A stretch of 64,000 nucleotides of DNA from Octopus sinensis (Eukaryota): contig NC_042997.1 of NCBI RefSeq assembly GCF_006345805.1, positions 87,296,001 to 87,360,000 of the forward strand. Direction: 5' to 3'. The notes beneath the pieces were generated by a model, which worked only from the letters and a program-made list of their open reading frames with translations, had not been told where the DNA came from and did no database searches. Each line of letters starts with the position of its first letter. Position 1 is the stretch's first letter. Both the position numbers and the translations under genes were made by a program. This document shows positions 13,677 to 28,597 of this stretch, one piece after another.

Positions 13677-13887
13677 ATCTATCTATATATATAGATTGTA
13701 TATATACATATATATGTATATATATACACGTATATATATGTATATAACATATATATATATGTATATGTATATATATATATGCATGTATATATATGTATAT
13801 AATATATATATATGAATATGTATATATATAATATGTATATATATATATATGTATGTATAATATATATATATATATATGTATGTATAT

Positions 13888-13934
<47 letters not shown>

Positions 13935-13960
13935 CATCATCATCGTGATATACATATATA

Positions 13961-13998
<38 letters not shown>

Positions 13999-14009
13999 GT
14001 ATATATATG

Positions 14010-14080
<71 letters not shown>

Positions 14081-14126
14081 TGTATATAATATATATGTAT
14101 ATAATATATATATAATATATATTATG

Positions 14127-14164
<38 letters not shown>

Positions 14165-14191
14165 TGTATATAATATATATATATGAATATG

Positions 14192-14266
<75 letters not shown>

Positions 14267-14935
14267 CAAAATGAGAAAATGGAGAAATATATCTAAATCA
14301 ATTATCAACTGTCAGATATACCGAATCATATACTTTATTAAAACACTACACAATAGCAATGAAATTAGACATTAATACAGTACAATAATTACAATCAATA
14401 TGGTGAGATATAACTAAATAAATATAACAAGATATAAAAATACATTTACATTATAACTGACAGCTATTTCGGCCATGAAGATAGGTATGTCTCATTTAAC
14501 CTATTAGCCATATATTGCAGGTATAAATGAGACATTAACAAGAATATCTTACGGCCTCTTCGGAGATTCTAATGCAAGTATGAGTACAAACCCTAAAATA
14601 ATTTACATATAAATATGAATATGAGTGCATACATACTCATATTCTTACATACATATACATATACACAATAATACAATATAAACAATATAAATCAATATAC
14701 ATCAACAAACACAATAATGTTCCATATTGAATGCCACAGCTCCTCAACCAACATCAAGAAACCACAACAGACACACTCACACTCAATGCAGGAATATATA
14801 TTAAACAGTTCAATATATTAAAATGTGTCACTTCACAAAAAGCCAATAAAGTTAATACCACCACCATAGTACCATTCAAGGCAAATGGATAGATATATGT
14901 TATCCCATAGAGGGTTGAATTTACAACCCCTATCT

Positions 14936-14973
<38 letters not shown>

Positions 14974-14983
14974 TATATATATA

Positions 14984-15039
<56 letters not shown>

Positions 15040-15116
15040 GTATATATATATATATATGTATATATATATGTATATGTATATATGTATATGTATATATATA
15101 TATATGTATATTATAT

Positions 15117-15166
<50 letters not shown>

Positions 15167-15232
15167 ATGTATATATATATGTATATGTGTATATATATAT
15201 ATATGTATATATGTATATGTATATATGTATTG

Positions 15233-15311
<79 letters not shown>

Positions 15312-15397
15312 TATATATATATATATGTATATTATATATTATATCTATATATATAATATATATTATATATATATATATATATATGTAATATATTATA

Positions 15398-15487
<90 letters not shown>

Positions 15488-15694
15488 TGGCCACCTGTGC
15501 GGGTGGCACGTAAAAAGCACCCACTACACTCACGGAGTGGTTGGCGTTAAGAAAGGCATCCAGCCGTAGAAACACTGCCAGATTTGACTGGGCCTGATGA
15601 AGCCTTCTGGCTTCACAGACCCCAGTAGAACCGTCCAACCCATGCTAGCATGGAAAACGGACGCTAAACGATGATGATGATGATGATGATGATG

Positions 15695-15740
<46 letters not shown>

Positions 15741-18700
15741 TATATATGTAATATGTATATATATTTGACAGCCAAATGTGGAGTCCTGTATGGAACAGTG
15801 CTATTGATGTTTATAGCCCCAGGAAGACATCTCTTCCAGCTAGCTAATGATACACATTCCGATTAGTATTTGCGAGGGGAAGTCATCGCTTCTATCCCTA
15901 GCCTTACATGATACACATGGACTCAAGTTCCTGGGTGGTTACCCGCACTCAACGTATGCTAATCACCAGCTAGTGATGGAAACTCACCTCACTCACAAAA
16001 TATTATATGCTTTTTCCAGCTAGTGATTAACACATGCTGAAGAAAGGTAACCACCCAGAAACTCGAGTCCTTCATCATCATCATCATCATTGTTTAATGT
16101 CCACCTTCCATGCTGGCATGGGTTTGACTGAGGACTGGTGAGCCAGATGGCTGCACCAGGCTCAGTCTGATCTGGCAAAGTTTCTACAGATGGATGCCCT
16201 TCCTAACGCCAACCACTCCAAGAGTGTAGTGGGTGCTTTCACATGCCACTGGCATGAGGGCCAGTCAGGTGGTTCTGGCAACAACCATGCTCAAAAGGTG
16301 TTTTTTACGTGCTACCTGTATGGGAGCCAGAAATGTTGTTTCTCACGTGCCACCAGCACATGTGCCAGTAAGGTGATGCTGGCAATGATCACACTTGAAT
16401 GGTGCTTTTTACATGCCACTGGCACAGGAGCCAATCCATGGTCCTGGCAATGATCACGTTCAGATGTGCTTTTAATGATCCACTGGCATGAGTGCCAATC
16501 AGGCAGTACTGTCATTGGCCACATCAGCAATTTTGATTTCACTTGCCTCAATAGGTCTTTGCAAGCAAAGTTTATTGTCCAATGAATAAGGGGTACTCAT
16601 AAGTGGACTCATTACACCCACTGGCATAGGCCATGGGCTATGGTCTCATTTGGCTTGTCAGGTCTTCTCAAGCACAGCATATCTCCAAAAGTTTCAGTCA
16701 CTAGTCATTGCCTCAGTAAGGCCCAATGTTCGAAGGTCATGCTTTACCACCTCATCCCAGGTCTTCCTGAGTCTACCTCTTCCACAGGTTCCCTCAACTG
16801 TTAGGGTGTGACACTTTTTCACACAGCTGTGCTTATTCATTCCCAACACATGACCATGTCTGCACAGTCATCTATCTTGCACACCACATCTGATGTTTCT
16901 TAAATCCAACTTTTCTCTCAAGGTGCTTACATCCAGCATAACATACTGGCTTCATTCCTTGCAAGCTTATGCATGTCCTCAGCAGTCACAACCCATGTTT
17001 CACTGCGATGTAGCATGGCTGTTTGTACACATATGTCATACAGTCTACATTTTATTCTGAGCGAGAGGCCTTTTGTCACCAGCAGAGGTAGGAGATCTCT
17101 GAACTTTGCCCAGGCTATTCTTATTCTCACAGCTACATTTTTAGAGCATTCACCCCTGCTACAGACTTGGTCACCTAGGTAACGGAAGCTATCAACTACT
17201 AGTTTTTCACCCTGGAATGTGGCAGAAGCTGTTCTCTGCACATTTTCATTGTTTATAGTACCTAAGCATTTGTCGCATACAAAAACTATCTTCCTTTGAT
17301 ATTGCTGCACCTCTTATGTGTCCATAGCTTACACTAGGTACATATTATGGTGTTTCTACCAATGCCTTTTCTAAAGATCGAGCAGGGCAATTTACTTGAA
17401 GGGATTTGTGATTTGTTTGCCTTCCTACTTATTAAGACTTTGATTTTAGCTAAGTTGACTCCAAAGCCCTTTGATTCTAATTCTTGCTTCCACGCCTGCA
17501 ACTTTTCCTCTAGTTCTGACAGTGACTCAGCAATTAAAGCAAGGTCATCAGCATAGAGGAGCTCCCGAGAGCATCCTGTCTTGAATTCTTCTGTTATTGC
17601 CAGGAGGACTATGATGAATAAAAAGGGGGTTGAGGACTGATCCTTGGTGGACCCCTACACCTACCAGAAATTCTTACTGACAGCATCCCTGTACATGGCT
17701 TGTACAGCTCTCATTTACCATTCCTCTATCCCTAGTTTCCACATTGACCACCAGATAAGGGATCAGGGGACCCTGTCAAAGGCTTTCTCCATGTCAACAA
17801 AAGCCAGGTACAAAGGTTTATCTTTGGCTAGGTATTTTTCCTGCAGCTGTCTTACCAGAAATATAGCATCAGTGGTGCTTTTCCCTTGTACGAACCCAAA
17901 TTGCATCTCGTCTAAACTGACTCTCTCCCTAATTACCTGATTCAACAACTTGATACTTCTGTAATTATTTGTATCTAAAGTGTCACCTTTACCTTTGTAG
18001 CAGTTGACTATCATGTTGCTACACCAGTCATTGGGTATGACTCCTTCGTGTATCACCTGGTTAACTATGCGGGTGACTAGCTATAGCCGACACTGCCAGA
18101 TATTTTGAGCATCTCTGCAGTAATTTCTGATGGGCTGGGGGCTTTCCCTGTCGTCATACTTTTAATTGCTTTATCTACCAAGGTACTGTCAACTCGGATA
18201 ACTGGTCCCTCTGTTGGGTCGACATTTGGCAGACTCTCCAAACCTCTCTCTTTGTATCCTCATTTGGCGTAAGTGAACCATCATCCATGCGAACACATTT
18301 CTCTCCTACATCACAATTCTCTCTCACACACTGTCTTGCAACACGAAATACCTCAAGTCTTTGGTCTTCACGGCGCAGAACATTGGCAAAGTTTTTCTTA
18401 TCTGCTTCCCCTCTGGTTAAATAAACCTGTCTCCTAGCTTCCCTTCAAGCAATCTGATACAATTCCCTGCTTCCATCATTCTTCCAGTCCTTCCAAGCCT
18501 GTTTCTTTTCCTTAATGGCCCTGTCAACAACATTGTTCCACCACCACATTAACTTGGGTCAAGAGGGGACTTTGCACCATCTGTAGATCTGGTCAGTGGC
18601 CCTCAGCAGGTTGTCCCATAAAAACTTCCAGTTGTCTTCCACATCATGTGATGCTATATTCCCCCTCTATTTCATCAAAAGCTTCGAGTAATACGTCTCT

Positions 18701-21700
18701 AAATCTGTCCATTCGCAGGATCTTTAAGCTTCCAGACCCTTCTTCTCCATGCTGGTTGTCTTCTGGGCATCCACTTAGCCCTGATCCTGAAGTTGCTAAC
18801 TACTAGTCTATGTTGTGGGGTACATTTTTCGCCTGGGAAGGTTTTGGCATTTATAAGCAGCGATCTTTCCTTTTTCCTGGCAAGGATGTAGTCAATTTGG
18901 CTAGTGTGCCTACCAGATCGGTAGGTGACTGGCAGGTTTCCTGAAGTTAGTATTGCAAACCATAAGATCATTTGTATCACAGAACTCCAGCAGCCTGGTT
19001 CTCTCCATATTGTGGGAACCAAAACCATAACCTCCATGTATGCCATAGGAGCCCCCTGCATGTTGTCCAACATGTCCATTGAAGTCACCAGCCACAAAGA
19101 GAAGGTCCTTGTCAATCGTCAATGAGGTAGTCTGCAAGAGGGTGTCATAAGATCGGTCTTTCTGTCCATCAGGTTTTCTGGGAAGAGTGGAATACAGTTT
19201 ATCACAGGTCTGCTCTATCAGAAATGACCTGGGGATAAACAATAACAACTTAATGTTGGTATTAATAGTATCGTTTGTTAATTTAGTATATGTATAATGA
19301 TAAGATTAATAGTAATATCTGTTATAGTAATACCATTTGTAACATTAGATAACAAAGATAATAATAATTTGTACCTTGCTACTGCTGCAAGAAGCATCAC
19401 TCAGGACAACAAAAAGCTCAGGATAATTCATCCTTATTGATGAAAGATCAATAACAGTTGTAGCAAGCAAAGGAACAAGGCCTACTAGTGATCGTATGCA
19501 GAGTGGAATGATTGTGTCAGATTCTTGTGAAAGCAGCATATCATAGAAGAATTTATCGTCCTCATGCCAAAATCCTGGAAAAGTGAGAAAGTATTACAAC
19601 TACAACAGACAGAGTAGTCTTAATGCTTCAAATACAAAACACTAATATGGCATGATTAAAAAATAACCAGTTCATATCCATACTGTACTGCAAATGGTTG
19701 GTGATAGGAAGGGCATTAAGCTGTAAAAATCATGCACCCTCCTCATACACACACACACACACACAATCACAGTATATACAACAACAAAAACTGGAACACC
19801 ACTGCTTTCAGAAGGAGCCTCTAAATCAGGGTTCTTTAATCTTTGTATGATTCCAGACTCCCAAAGGATTGTTATTCACTGTGGCTCATGACATCCCTTC
19901 TTTAGACTTTCAAAAAAAAAATCATCCTCATTACCATCAGTCCTATCAGTTGCCAGTACTTGAAAGTATGGGTAACAAAATACTGTCTCATCACAACACC
20001 ACTGTTAACCAACATTAGCACCAATGTTTCTGCAGAGAACCTCAACAACATAAAGCCAGAACAAATAATATCTTTATTCACTGCTCTAAAAATTTCATTA
20101 CTCCACAGCTCTTTGTCTGAAGCTCGAACAATTCTGCCAGCTCAACACTCTAATTGAATTATGTGACAAAACTATATATTATCACTCACTGGACATCACT
20201 ATTGCAAATTTCAAATCACTAGGATTCATAAGGACTGTCTGTTAGTAAACCCATAATCTGAGCAATTATTGATACAGATAATATACATATCACCAGCTGT
20301 TTAGATTCAGGATTATCAATGAACAAATATATATTAGTGACAGGGACAGTATTAAATCAGGAGGTAATACTTATCAGCACTTAAATGTGGATGTTCTGTT
20401 AGAGAATAAACTATATTGCAGTAGTTACCAGGACGGAAACTCTCCTATTGGCTGTTTGACTCGTTTATATCATTAGTGAGGAAATAAATCCCCACTACCT
20501 CCAACACTGAGACCACTAGATCATGTGATTTCAACCTTGTTTGGTCTTGACTGCTAGAGGCAACAGCAATTCATATCCCCACCACTGATATATATATTGA
20601 CAGTGCCAGAACAGGAACTGGTGTCATGATTAGCCGGTTAGCTTGTAAAAAAAAATATATTAGCAACAGAGGCATTATTAATACCAAGAGGTAATATCTA
20701 TCCCCACTTAAAAGTAGATGTTCTATTAGACAAGATCAAACAAAGTCAAAATCATGTGATCTGGTGGTAGTGGAGATTTATCTTCCCACTAGCTATATAA
20801 ACAAGAAGCCAGTATGAGAGTTTCTGTCATGGCAACTATCGCAGTATAATTTGTTCTAATAGAACATCCATGTTTAAGTGGGAACAAATATTACTAATGA
20901 ACAATCCTGACGAAAGTCTACTTTCCCTGCTAGCTTAAAACTTCCAGCAGAAATGTCAATAAGTGGTTTTTAAAAATGAAATGAAATGGTAAATTATTTT
21001 CTTAGTTTTGAAAATATGTTCTAAATAAAATAAAAATAAAATGCCCCCCCTCACTCACTCACCCTCTCTTTGTGTCTGACGGCCTCAAAAATGTCCCACA
21101 AGCTAATTATTATATGCAAACCTACATAATAAATATACAAATTTGACAAATTTAACTATTTCCCTGTAGATTGAAAAAAATGATGTGGCTGTGTGGTAAG
21201 TAGCTTCTTTACCAACCACATGGTTCCGGGTTCAGTCCCACTGCGTGGCACCTTGGGCAAGTGTCTTCTACTATAGCCTCGGGCCGACCAAAGCCTTGTG
21301 AGTGGATTTGGTAGACGGAAACTGAAAGAAGTCAATAGTATATATGTATTTATATATAAATGCGTGTGTGTGTTTGTCCCCCTAGCATTGCTTGACAACC
21401 GATGCTGGTGTGTTTATGTCGCCGTTACTTAGCGGTTCAGCAAAAGAGACCGATAGAATAAGTACTGGGCTTACAAAAGAATAAGTCCCGGGGTCGAGTT
21501 GCTCGATTAAAGGCGGTGCTCCAGCATGGCCACAGTCAAATGACTGAAACAAGTAAAAGAGAGAAAAAAAGAGAGAGAGTCTGTATCAATTTTTGAACAG
21601 TCAGAGGTGTCTACATCACTTGACCACTCCCTGACAAATAAGTAGCCAATTTGTTTATATGCACAAAAAATCTAGTGGCTTCAAAGAACTATAAGTATTC

Positions 21701-24700
21701 AACACTTTAAAGAAAATGAACTTACCAGCTTTGTTAGTAGATTGAGATCCATTTTCAGCTATAAGTAAAAAATGTCTAAAAAATTGTGTTGCTATATCTG
21801 CATAATCTGGGTCAGTTTTAATGAGCTCAATAGCCATTTCAAACATTTTCACACAAAAAAATGCCATCCATCCAGTGGCATCAGCCTATAGAAGAGATTA
21901 ATCAAAATATTTGGTAAGCATCTCAGAAATAATAACTGAAATTATTGTTTTTTTTTAAAAAGTTATGTTGAAAGTTAATTTTCACCAAAAAATGTAACAC
22001 AAAATACAACCTGAGAATAAGCATAAGTCTAAATAAATTTAAAAATAACTATTGCTAAAATTCCTTTCATTCACAAGGAGAGGTAATTGAAAGTATGACC
22101 AAAAAAATTTTCTTATGGTTAGGATACCAATTTAACTTAGGTAACACTCAAATGATTTGATGTCTATTCATTGTATCAATACCTTGTGAATGGAATTTGG
22201 TAAAAACAAACAGTGCAGGAGTTCATTGTATCTATATGTACACATATGTGTGTATGTATACCTGTGTATGCAAGTATGTGTGTATATAGATGTGCATAAT
22301 GTGCTTGTGCTTACAGTTACAGTCGTTAAAACAAAACTGATCAAAATCAAAACCAGTACCAGACTGAAATAATTACTGGGATTAATATGATAGACAGAAA
22401 AAAACCCCCAAAACAAAAGAACTTAGCTATAGCCCAACAACTGAAATCAGCGATGGATAAAATGAACAGAAACATGTATAATTAAATACTATGCAATAAC
22501 ACAACAAAACAACTGCAGTAGATTTGAAGTCAAGAATGATAAGCTGACTGCTTAGATCTTCATTTTACTTCTGTTTATAATAAGTAAAGCTTATATTATG
22601 TAGGAAATGAGTAAATTATTCAAATTCACAAGAAAGTTATTTAAATTTTGAGGCACAATTAACATGCTCAAACTTATTTAGCAGTTAAGGTTATATTCTA
22701 TCTAATGGAGCACACTTGTATATCATGACTCATACACTGTTCACTTTTCTGACATTTGTACATAATTCTACATACTATACATGCACCCTTGATAAGTTGA
22801 AGTGCACCTGAGCACTATATACAATAATTTCATTATAGTAGTAGTAGTAGTAGTGGTGATGATGGTGGTGGTGGTGGTGGTGGTGAAACAGAAAAGAAGA
22901 GAGTATTGGTTTCAAAACCAGTTAGTGGCAATAAAATGGACAAATTCATCGAAAATAGAAATTTCTCAATTATGAGTGAAGTTTACTACAAATAAAAACT
23001 CAAGTTTTGATTTTCAAAACAAGATTTATTTAGAATTATATAACAAAAATATCTAGAATAGAAACAAGGTGTATTCATTTACAAAACTTACCTGAGCAAG
23101 GATATATCCAGGTGGTGATCCAGTGGAACGGTTGAATATCGAAATATTGTCCATACCTAAGAAACCTCCAGAATATAGATGACCAGGGCCAGAAATTTTA
23201 TTTGTGTTTGTCCACCTAGCAATAGAGCATGGAAGAAAATTTCACAATATTTTGTTTTTTTATTTCTCATAATAATTATTAATAAAGAGGGTGGTAAAGT
23301 AATGAAATAGCAAGTAGCAAGTAATATCCAGGCTTGTCTCTCTGAGTTCAACCTATTATTGTTGATTTTATTTTTTATCTTTCTATTAGTCTATAATTAC
23401 AATTTGATTCACATCTAGAATACATTATAGAAATTAACTCCAATGCTTGACTGGTACTTTATTGTATCATCCTGGAAAGGATAAAGATGATCATGGTAGG
23501 ATTTGAACTCAGGACATAAAAAGCTGTAATCAAATACTGTAGGTATTCTGTCTGATACTCTAATGAAGTCAAATCACTATCTCTAGTTTCAATCAGCTAT
23601 AGACCTCTAAAATTATGCTAATATAAAAAAATCATTGTTTAGAAATGACACATTAAATAACAGCCAAGAGATTTTGTGCTATGTTAGTATCCAACTTATG
23701 ACTGTAAAATAAGTTCAAACATTAAGATTACAACCTGTAATGTAGCTCAAAACTGTAATGTAGCTCAAAAGAAGGCTCTCAACTCCATATGATCTTCAGG
23801 AAATTTTACTCTTAGTTCATGATGAAGTATTTCAAAAAGAACACAAAAACCCTCCAGTTGTAAAAAAACAATTGCTCCAGCAGTCTGTCTAAATTTGTGT
23901 AAGTCACTCCAACGTAGCAGAAAATAATAAATGCTGAATATAAGACAGTGGTTGTTAAATAACCGTAGATTGCCTAGGAGAGTCCTAACCGCTGTCATAA
24001 TTTAAGAGATAGCAGAGGATACAAGAAATGTCATAGTTTACATCAGACTGCATCTAATGCAGAGCACGCAAACCATAGATACCATTATAATCATTTTCAA
24101 CGATTATTTCATGTTCATTTTTACATGACAGCTTGAGTTGGATGTTTTTTTTTTCTTAAAGAGCATTTTATGCCCAGATACTTGTCCTGTTGCCAACCCT
24201 TTCAGTTGCATATTAAGACATGCATCGATATAATGTACATAGTTCAAAACCAAGGTACACAGTGTAATAAAGATCATGATAATAAAGCATTATGATAATA
24301 ATTTTTGTGAATGATTAGTTGGTTTTACAATTTTGTGGTCAAACATATTGACTCCTGGTTTCAGTCAAAGAAGCTGATTCAGTCCATCTTATAATTATGT
24401 ACAATGGATAGTTAAAACACATAAGCAGCAAGGTAAACAGTAAAATTAAAATATATTTTCTTGGCTTAAAATATTGAGTTTAAGTGTTCCTGTGGGCTTG
24501 ATCTATGATATAATGTTCAAATGAAAGCTCTCCCTATGACTTAGCAAGATATCACCAACAAAACTTACTTCCAGTTATTCTAACTCAGACTTTCTTCCCT
24601 ATTCCTCTAAATTCATCTTCAGTCTTGACCATTCTCAACACTCCTCCAACCAGCATTTATTTGACTACCTTTCAGCCCGTGACAGAATTATCATTTATTT

Positions 24701-27700
24701 TATTCTCTTTACCTCTTATCTTTTTTCTTGTTTTAGTCATTAGACTGTGGCCATACTGGGGCATCATCTTGAAGAGTTTTAGTCAAACTAATTGACCCCA
24801 GTATTTTTTTAAAGTCTTGAACTTATTCTATCATTCTCTTTTACCAAACAACTAAGTAATGGGGATGTAAGTTATGGTTATCAAGTGGTGATGAGGGACA
24901 AACACAAGCATAAAAACAAAAAACTAGGAAGAACAAAGGACATTGTTTACAAGTTGATGATCAAATGCTCTCTTTAATTTTTGTTTTAAAGTAATAAACT
25001 GCTAGAGTTTACTTACACCATATTCACTACATTATAAAGAAAAAAGAATTAGTATTTAATGTACAGAATTAGTGACAAAGTTGTAAACTTACCAGTTGTA
25101 ATTCAATAATAATCGGTGAAAACATTTCTTTAGAAAGCTCACATCATATGAACCACTATTATGATAAACAGAGAGACACGCCCAACAATGTACAGGGGGG
25201 TTTGTATCACTGAAGTCAAATTCACAACCAGGAAGCTGCAGAAAAAAGTGAACAACTATGTTACAAATAGTAAATTAAAGAATGTTTCTTCTAGTATGTG
25301 TGCATGCACACATACATACATACATACATACATATGTATGTACATGTATGTGCATATATGTTTGCTCATTTGTTCTCTTTCTCTCTTTAATTTAGAATAA
25401 ATTTTTACTGGCCACTAACTTTGGTAGTAAGGTTGTGAAAGAACGCATCATGTTTTAACCATCATCCTTTAAATTTTAAGAAGGTCTTGTAGATTTTTAT
25501 AATTCTAGATATTGCGATCATTTGTAGCATATGAATTAAGGATTTGCGTTCTCTTCTCAAGACCCACAGTTCAGCCATACTTTGCTACAGATGAGTTAGT
25601 ATGCATTCTATTGCTGCAATAACAATAAGTATGAAGCTGAAAGTGTATCTTGGGTACAGGATCTGCAAACCCCTTATCCATAAATGTCCTCTTTCACCTG
25701 TATTTTTCAACCACATGTAAGCATGCATGAATGTACACATGCAAAAATGTATTTATGCCTATCAGGGATACAACTTTTAAATTTTTTTCCTCAAAAACAT
25801 TTTCCTGTATCATATTTAGATGAGCTTTTATGCATAAGTAACTGAAGTGAACTCAATTTTGAGCTATCTTAAAAAAAGTTCACTCATGAATCCATGTTTG
25901 TATTCTTATGCAACACTTGTTTGACTATGGGCAAGGCTGCATAGCGCTCTTGGCTTTCAATAAATTCTTAGCATTTATAAAACTTCAGTGGTGATAAGAC
26001 TGTATTGCTAAGTCATCATGCTTAACCATGAAGCAAATAATTAAGTTCTTCTTTCACTTTCACCCTTGTTGTTTCAGTTTCAGTGTGAGTTCTGCATGAC
26101 TGCTAGCAGGATGTCATTCAAGAAAAGCTTCGAAGTTGTTCAGAAGAACAAGGAGAAATAGAAGAGAAATTTGGTGCAGTTCCAGTCCCATTCACCTAGA
26201 GGTTGTGTGTTAGAAGAAGCCTCACTGGCCAGCAGAAACCAAATGCCACCCAAAGAGCAGATTGTTGGTCAGTACCAGTTTCTTGGAAAATCAATTAAAG
26301 GCAGAAAGAAGAGAGTAGCAGAATTATCAAGAGAGGTAACACAACTGTAGAGAGATAAACTGAATTTTCCAATCATTTCTGAGCAAGCAATATAGTCCAA
26401 GCTAAAAAATGTGCTTCATTTGTATGACAAACGGGCCAAGAAAGGAAAGTTCGAGCCATTAGAAGAACTGTTCAATATCACCAAAATTCATGGTGAATGG
26501 CTCAATGCTGATGACAAAAAGCTGTACCAAAGTGAGCTATTTCTTTATAATGTAGTGTGCAAGCAAGCACACTATCCACCCTTCCAAGAGAAGATGCTCT
26601 GATGCTAAAGCCTCCCATTCTTTATCAAACCGAACAGCCCTGGATACTGACAGTGACTTTGAAGAACAAGAGTTTGAAGAGTACAATCATGGTGAAGGTG
26701 ACAGAGTTGATCAACATGATAGCGATAGTGATGGCACTTATTCCTCCACAAGAAGGCACAATAAATCTGCAATTGGTATGAGACTTGTAACTGGAACAAA
26801 TGTCTCTACCAACAAAGCTGTGAGAATCTGCAAACAGTTGATTAAGGAGGGCATTGATATCCCAGCTCCTAGTCAGCAAGGCATTTATAATGCACTCTTC
26901 AAGAAAGCTGGTGAAATGAAGAAACACTTGATTGATATGCAATACAATCAGAAATAGAGCCTGCACTTCAATGGTAAACATATTGACGGAAATGAATGTC
27001 AAGCGGTTGTCATCAAAAATGAAACAAGTGAAATCAAGCTGGCTACTCTGAAGCTCTGTGATGGCAAGGCTGAGACCATTGCAGAAGGACTGAAAAGCAT
27101 CTTGGATGAATTTCACTTGTGGGGCACAATCTCAGTAATTATCGCTGATACACCAAGTGTGAATACAGGAATACAGGATGAAAGATTTGGGTAGTGGTTA
27201 GACTGCAAAGAATGTTCTTGAGCAAAAGCTATGACAAGTCACAATTCATGAGCTGCCAACACCGTATCTTGTACAGAATCTTGCATGTTGTTATGGATGA
27301 AGAGCTAGCAGGCACAAAAAATTCACCCAACATCGAATATTTTTTTGTCAAAGAACTCATGACAAGTTATGAAGAATTCCAAGGCTCCTTCCAGAATGGA
27401 GCTCATGTCATTGAAGATCAAGTTGGCTGGAGAGATGATATGAAGTTTCTGTTCCCTTAACCCATGCCTTCAGGTTCTTCCATGAAAATGGAGATCTACC
27501 TTTCATCAAGTTTCAGAAAATTCCAAACATTAGTAATGTCAAATGGAATTCGCAAGCAATCTTAGCCCTTCTTGCATTTTTCCTCATGCCACATGTGAGA
27601 GAAAGATTGTAGATGGTCTGGCGGTTCATCTCATGTGACTGGGCAGACCACTAGTTCAGTAACCAAATATATAGAGCTGAAGATTATGCAGGGCTATCAC

Positions 27701-28557
27701 AAGCCTTACTACCCTATAAGACTGTTTTGAAATTCTTGACAAATCACAGGAAACAAGAGCCATCAAAAATAAACATCAGCAGAAACAGTCAATGCTGTGA
27801 GTGAGTAATTAAGGTCATTCAAGAACTACATGCCACATGCAAGAACAAAGCAAACCTGCCATTGCATTTCATTCTCTCTAATGACTTGCTGCAACTTGAC
27901 TATTGACTAATTTGATTTTATATAACTTACCTTCTTTTTATAGTTCTGGAATGCAGAATACAGTTCTTTTAATAGTTATGGATTAAACGATTTGGATATT
28001 TTAAACATTTTTTGTTTATTATTCAACCAGGGTTCTAGTTTTTGGAAATCTACCCAAATGCAACCGAGTATAGAAATTTCAAAGTTAGTCATGAGTGAAC
28101 TTTTTTTATCAAATACAAAAAAAAACATTGATTTTCATTGCTTTCTAGCAAAAGCTCATCAGAATATGATACAAGACTATGGAGTTGCAAAAAAGTTGTA
28201 TCCCTATTGTATATATGTATGTACATATTTATGTATGTTTATTGGTTTGTTTATTTATTTATTTATCACAAGAGTGTAGTTCAGTTTAGCTTTCTTCAGG
28301 TTTTCTAAAAATAAAAACAAGAGTAGGGAAGGAGCTTCTGAGGTCTGCATGTCTACAATGAAAGGAGATTGTGTAGTGCAGGACCTGAGAGGTGAGACAC
28401 AGTAGGAATGATGAGTGGAGGGGCTCATGTCCAGTGCAGTAGGTCATATTTAGTTCAATAGTTTAGAGGAGCAGAAGTGCTGTTATAGCTTCAGAAGAGG
28501 CAGAATGAAAAGGAAAAGCACATCTATTGGTTAGCAGTTGTTGCATGTTGGTACACA

Positions 28558-28597
<40 letters not shown>

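Noticed and set aside
13065-15638. Many long Y/I/C/M-rich ORFs
   Set aside because: They are translations of (TA)n/(TG)n microsatellites, which lack stops in several frames.
21184-21250. tRNA-like sequence with A and B boxes (also at 51833, 33865, 55738)
   Set aside because: These are SINE heads continuing into SINE bodies; no complete cloverleaf.
23735-23998. 77-aa minus-strand ORF and an exact 18-nt tandem duplication (ctgtaatgtagctcaaaa twice)
   Set aside because: Exons 11 and 12 join in phase with continuous homology, so no exon is needed; two units are a simple slippage duplication, not a CRISPR-like array.
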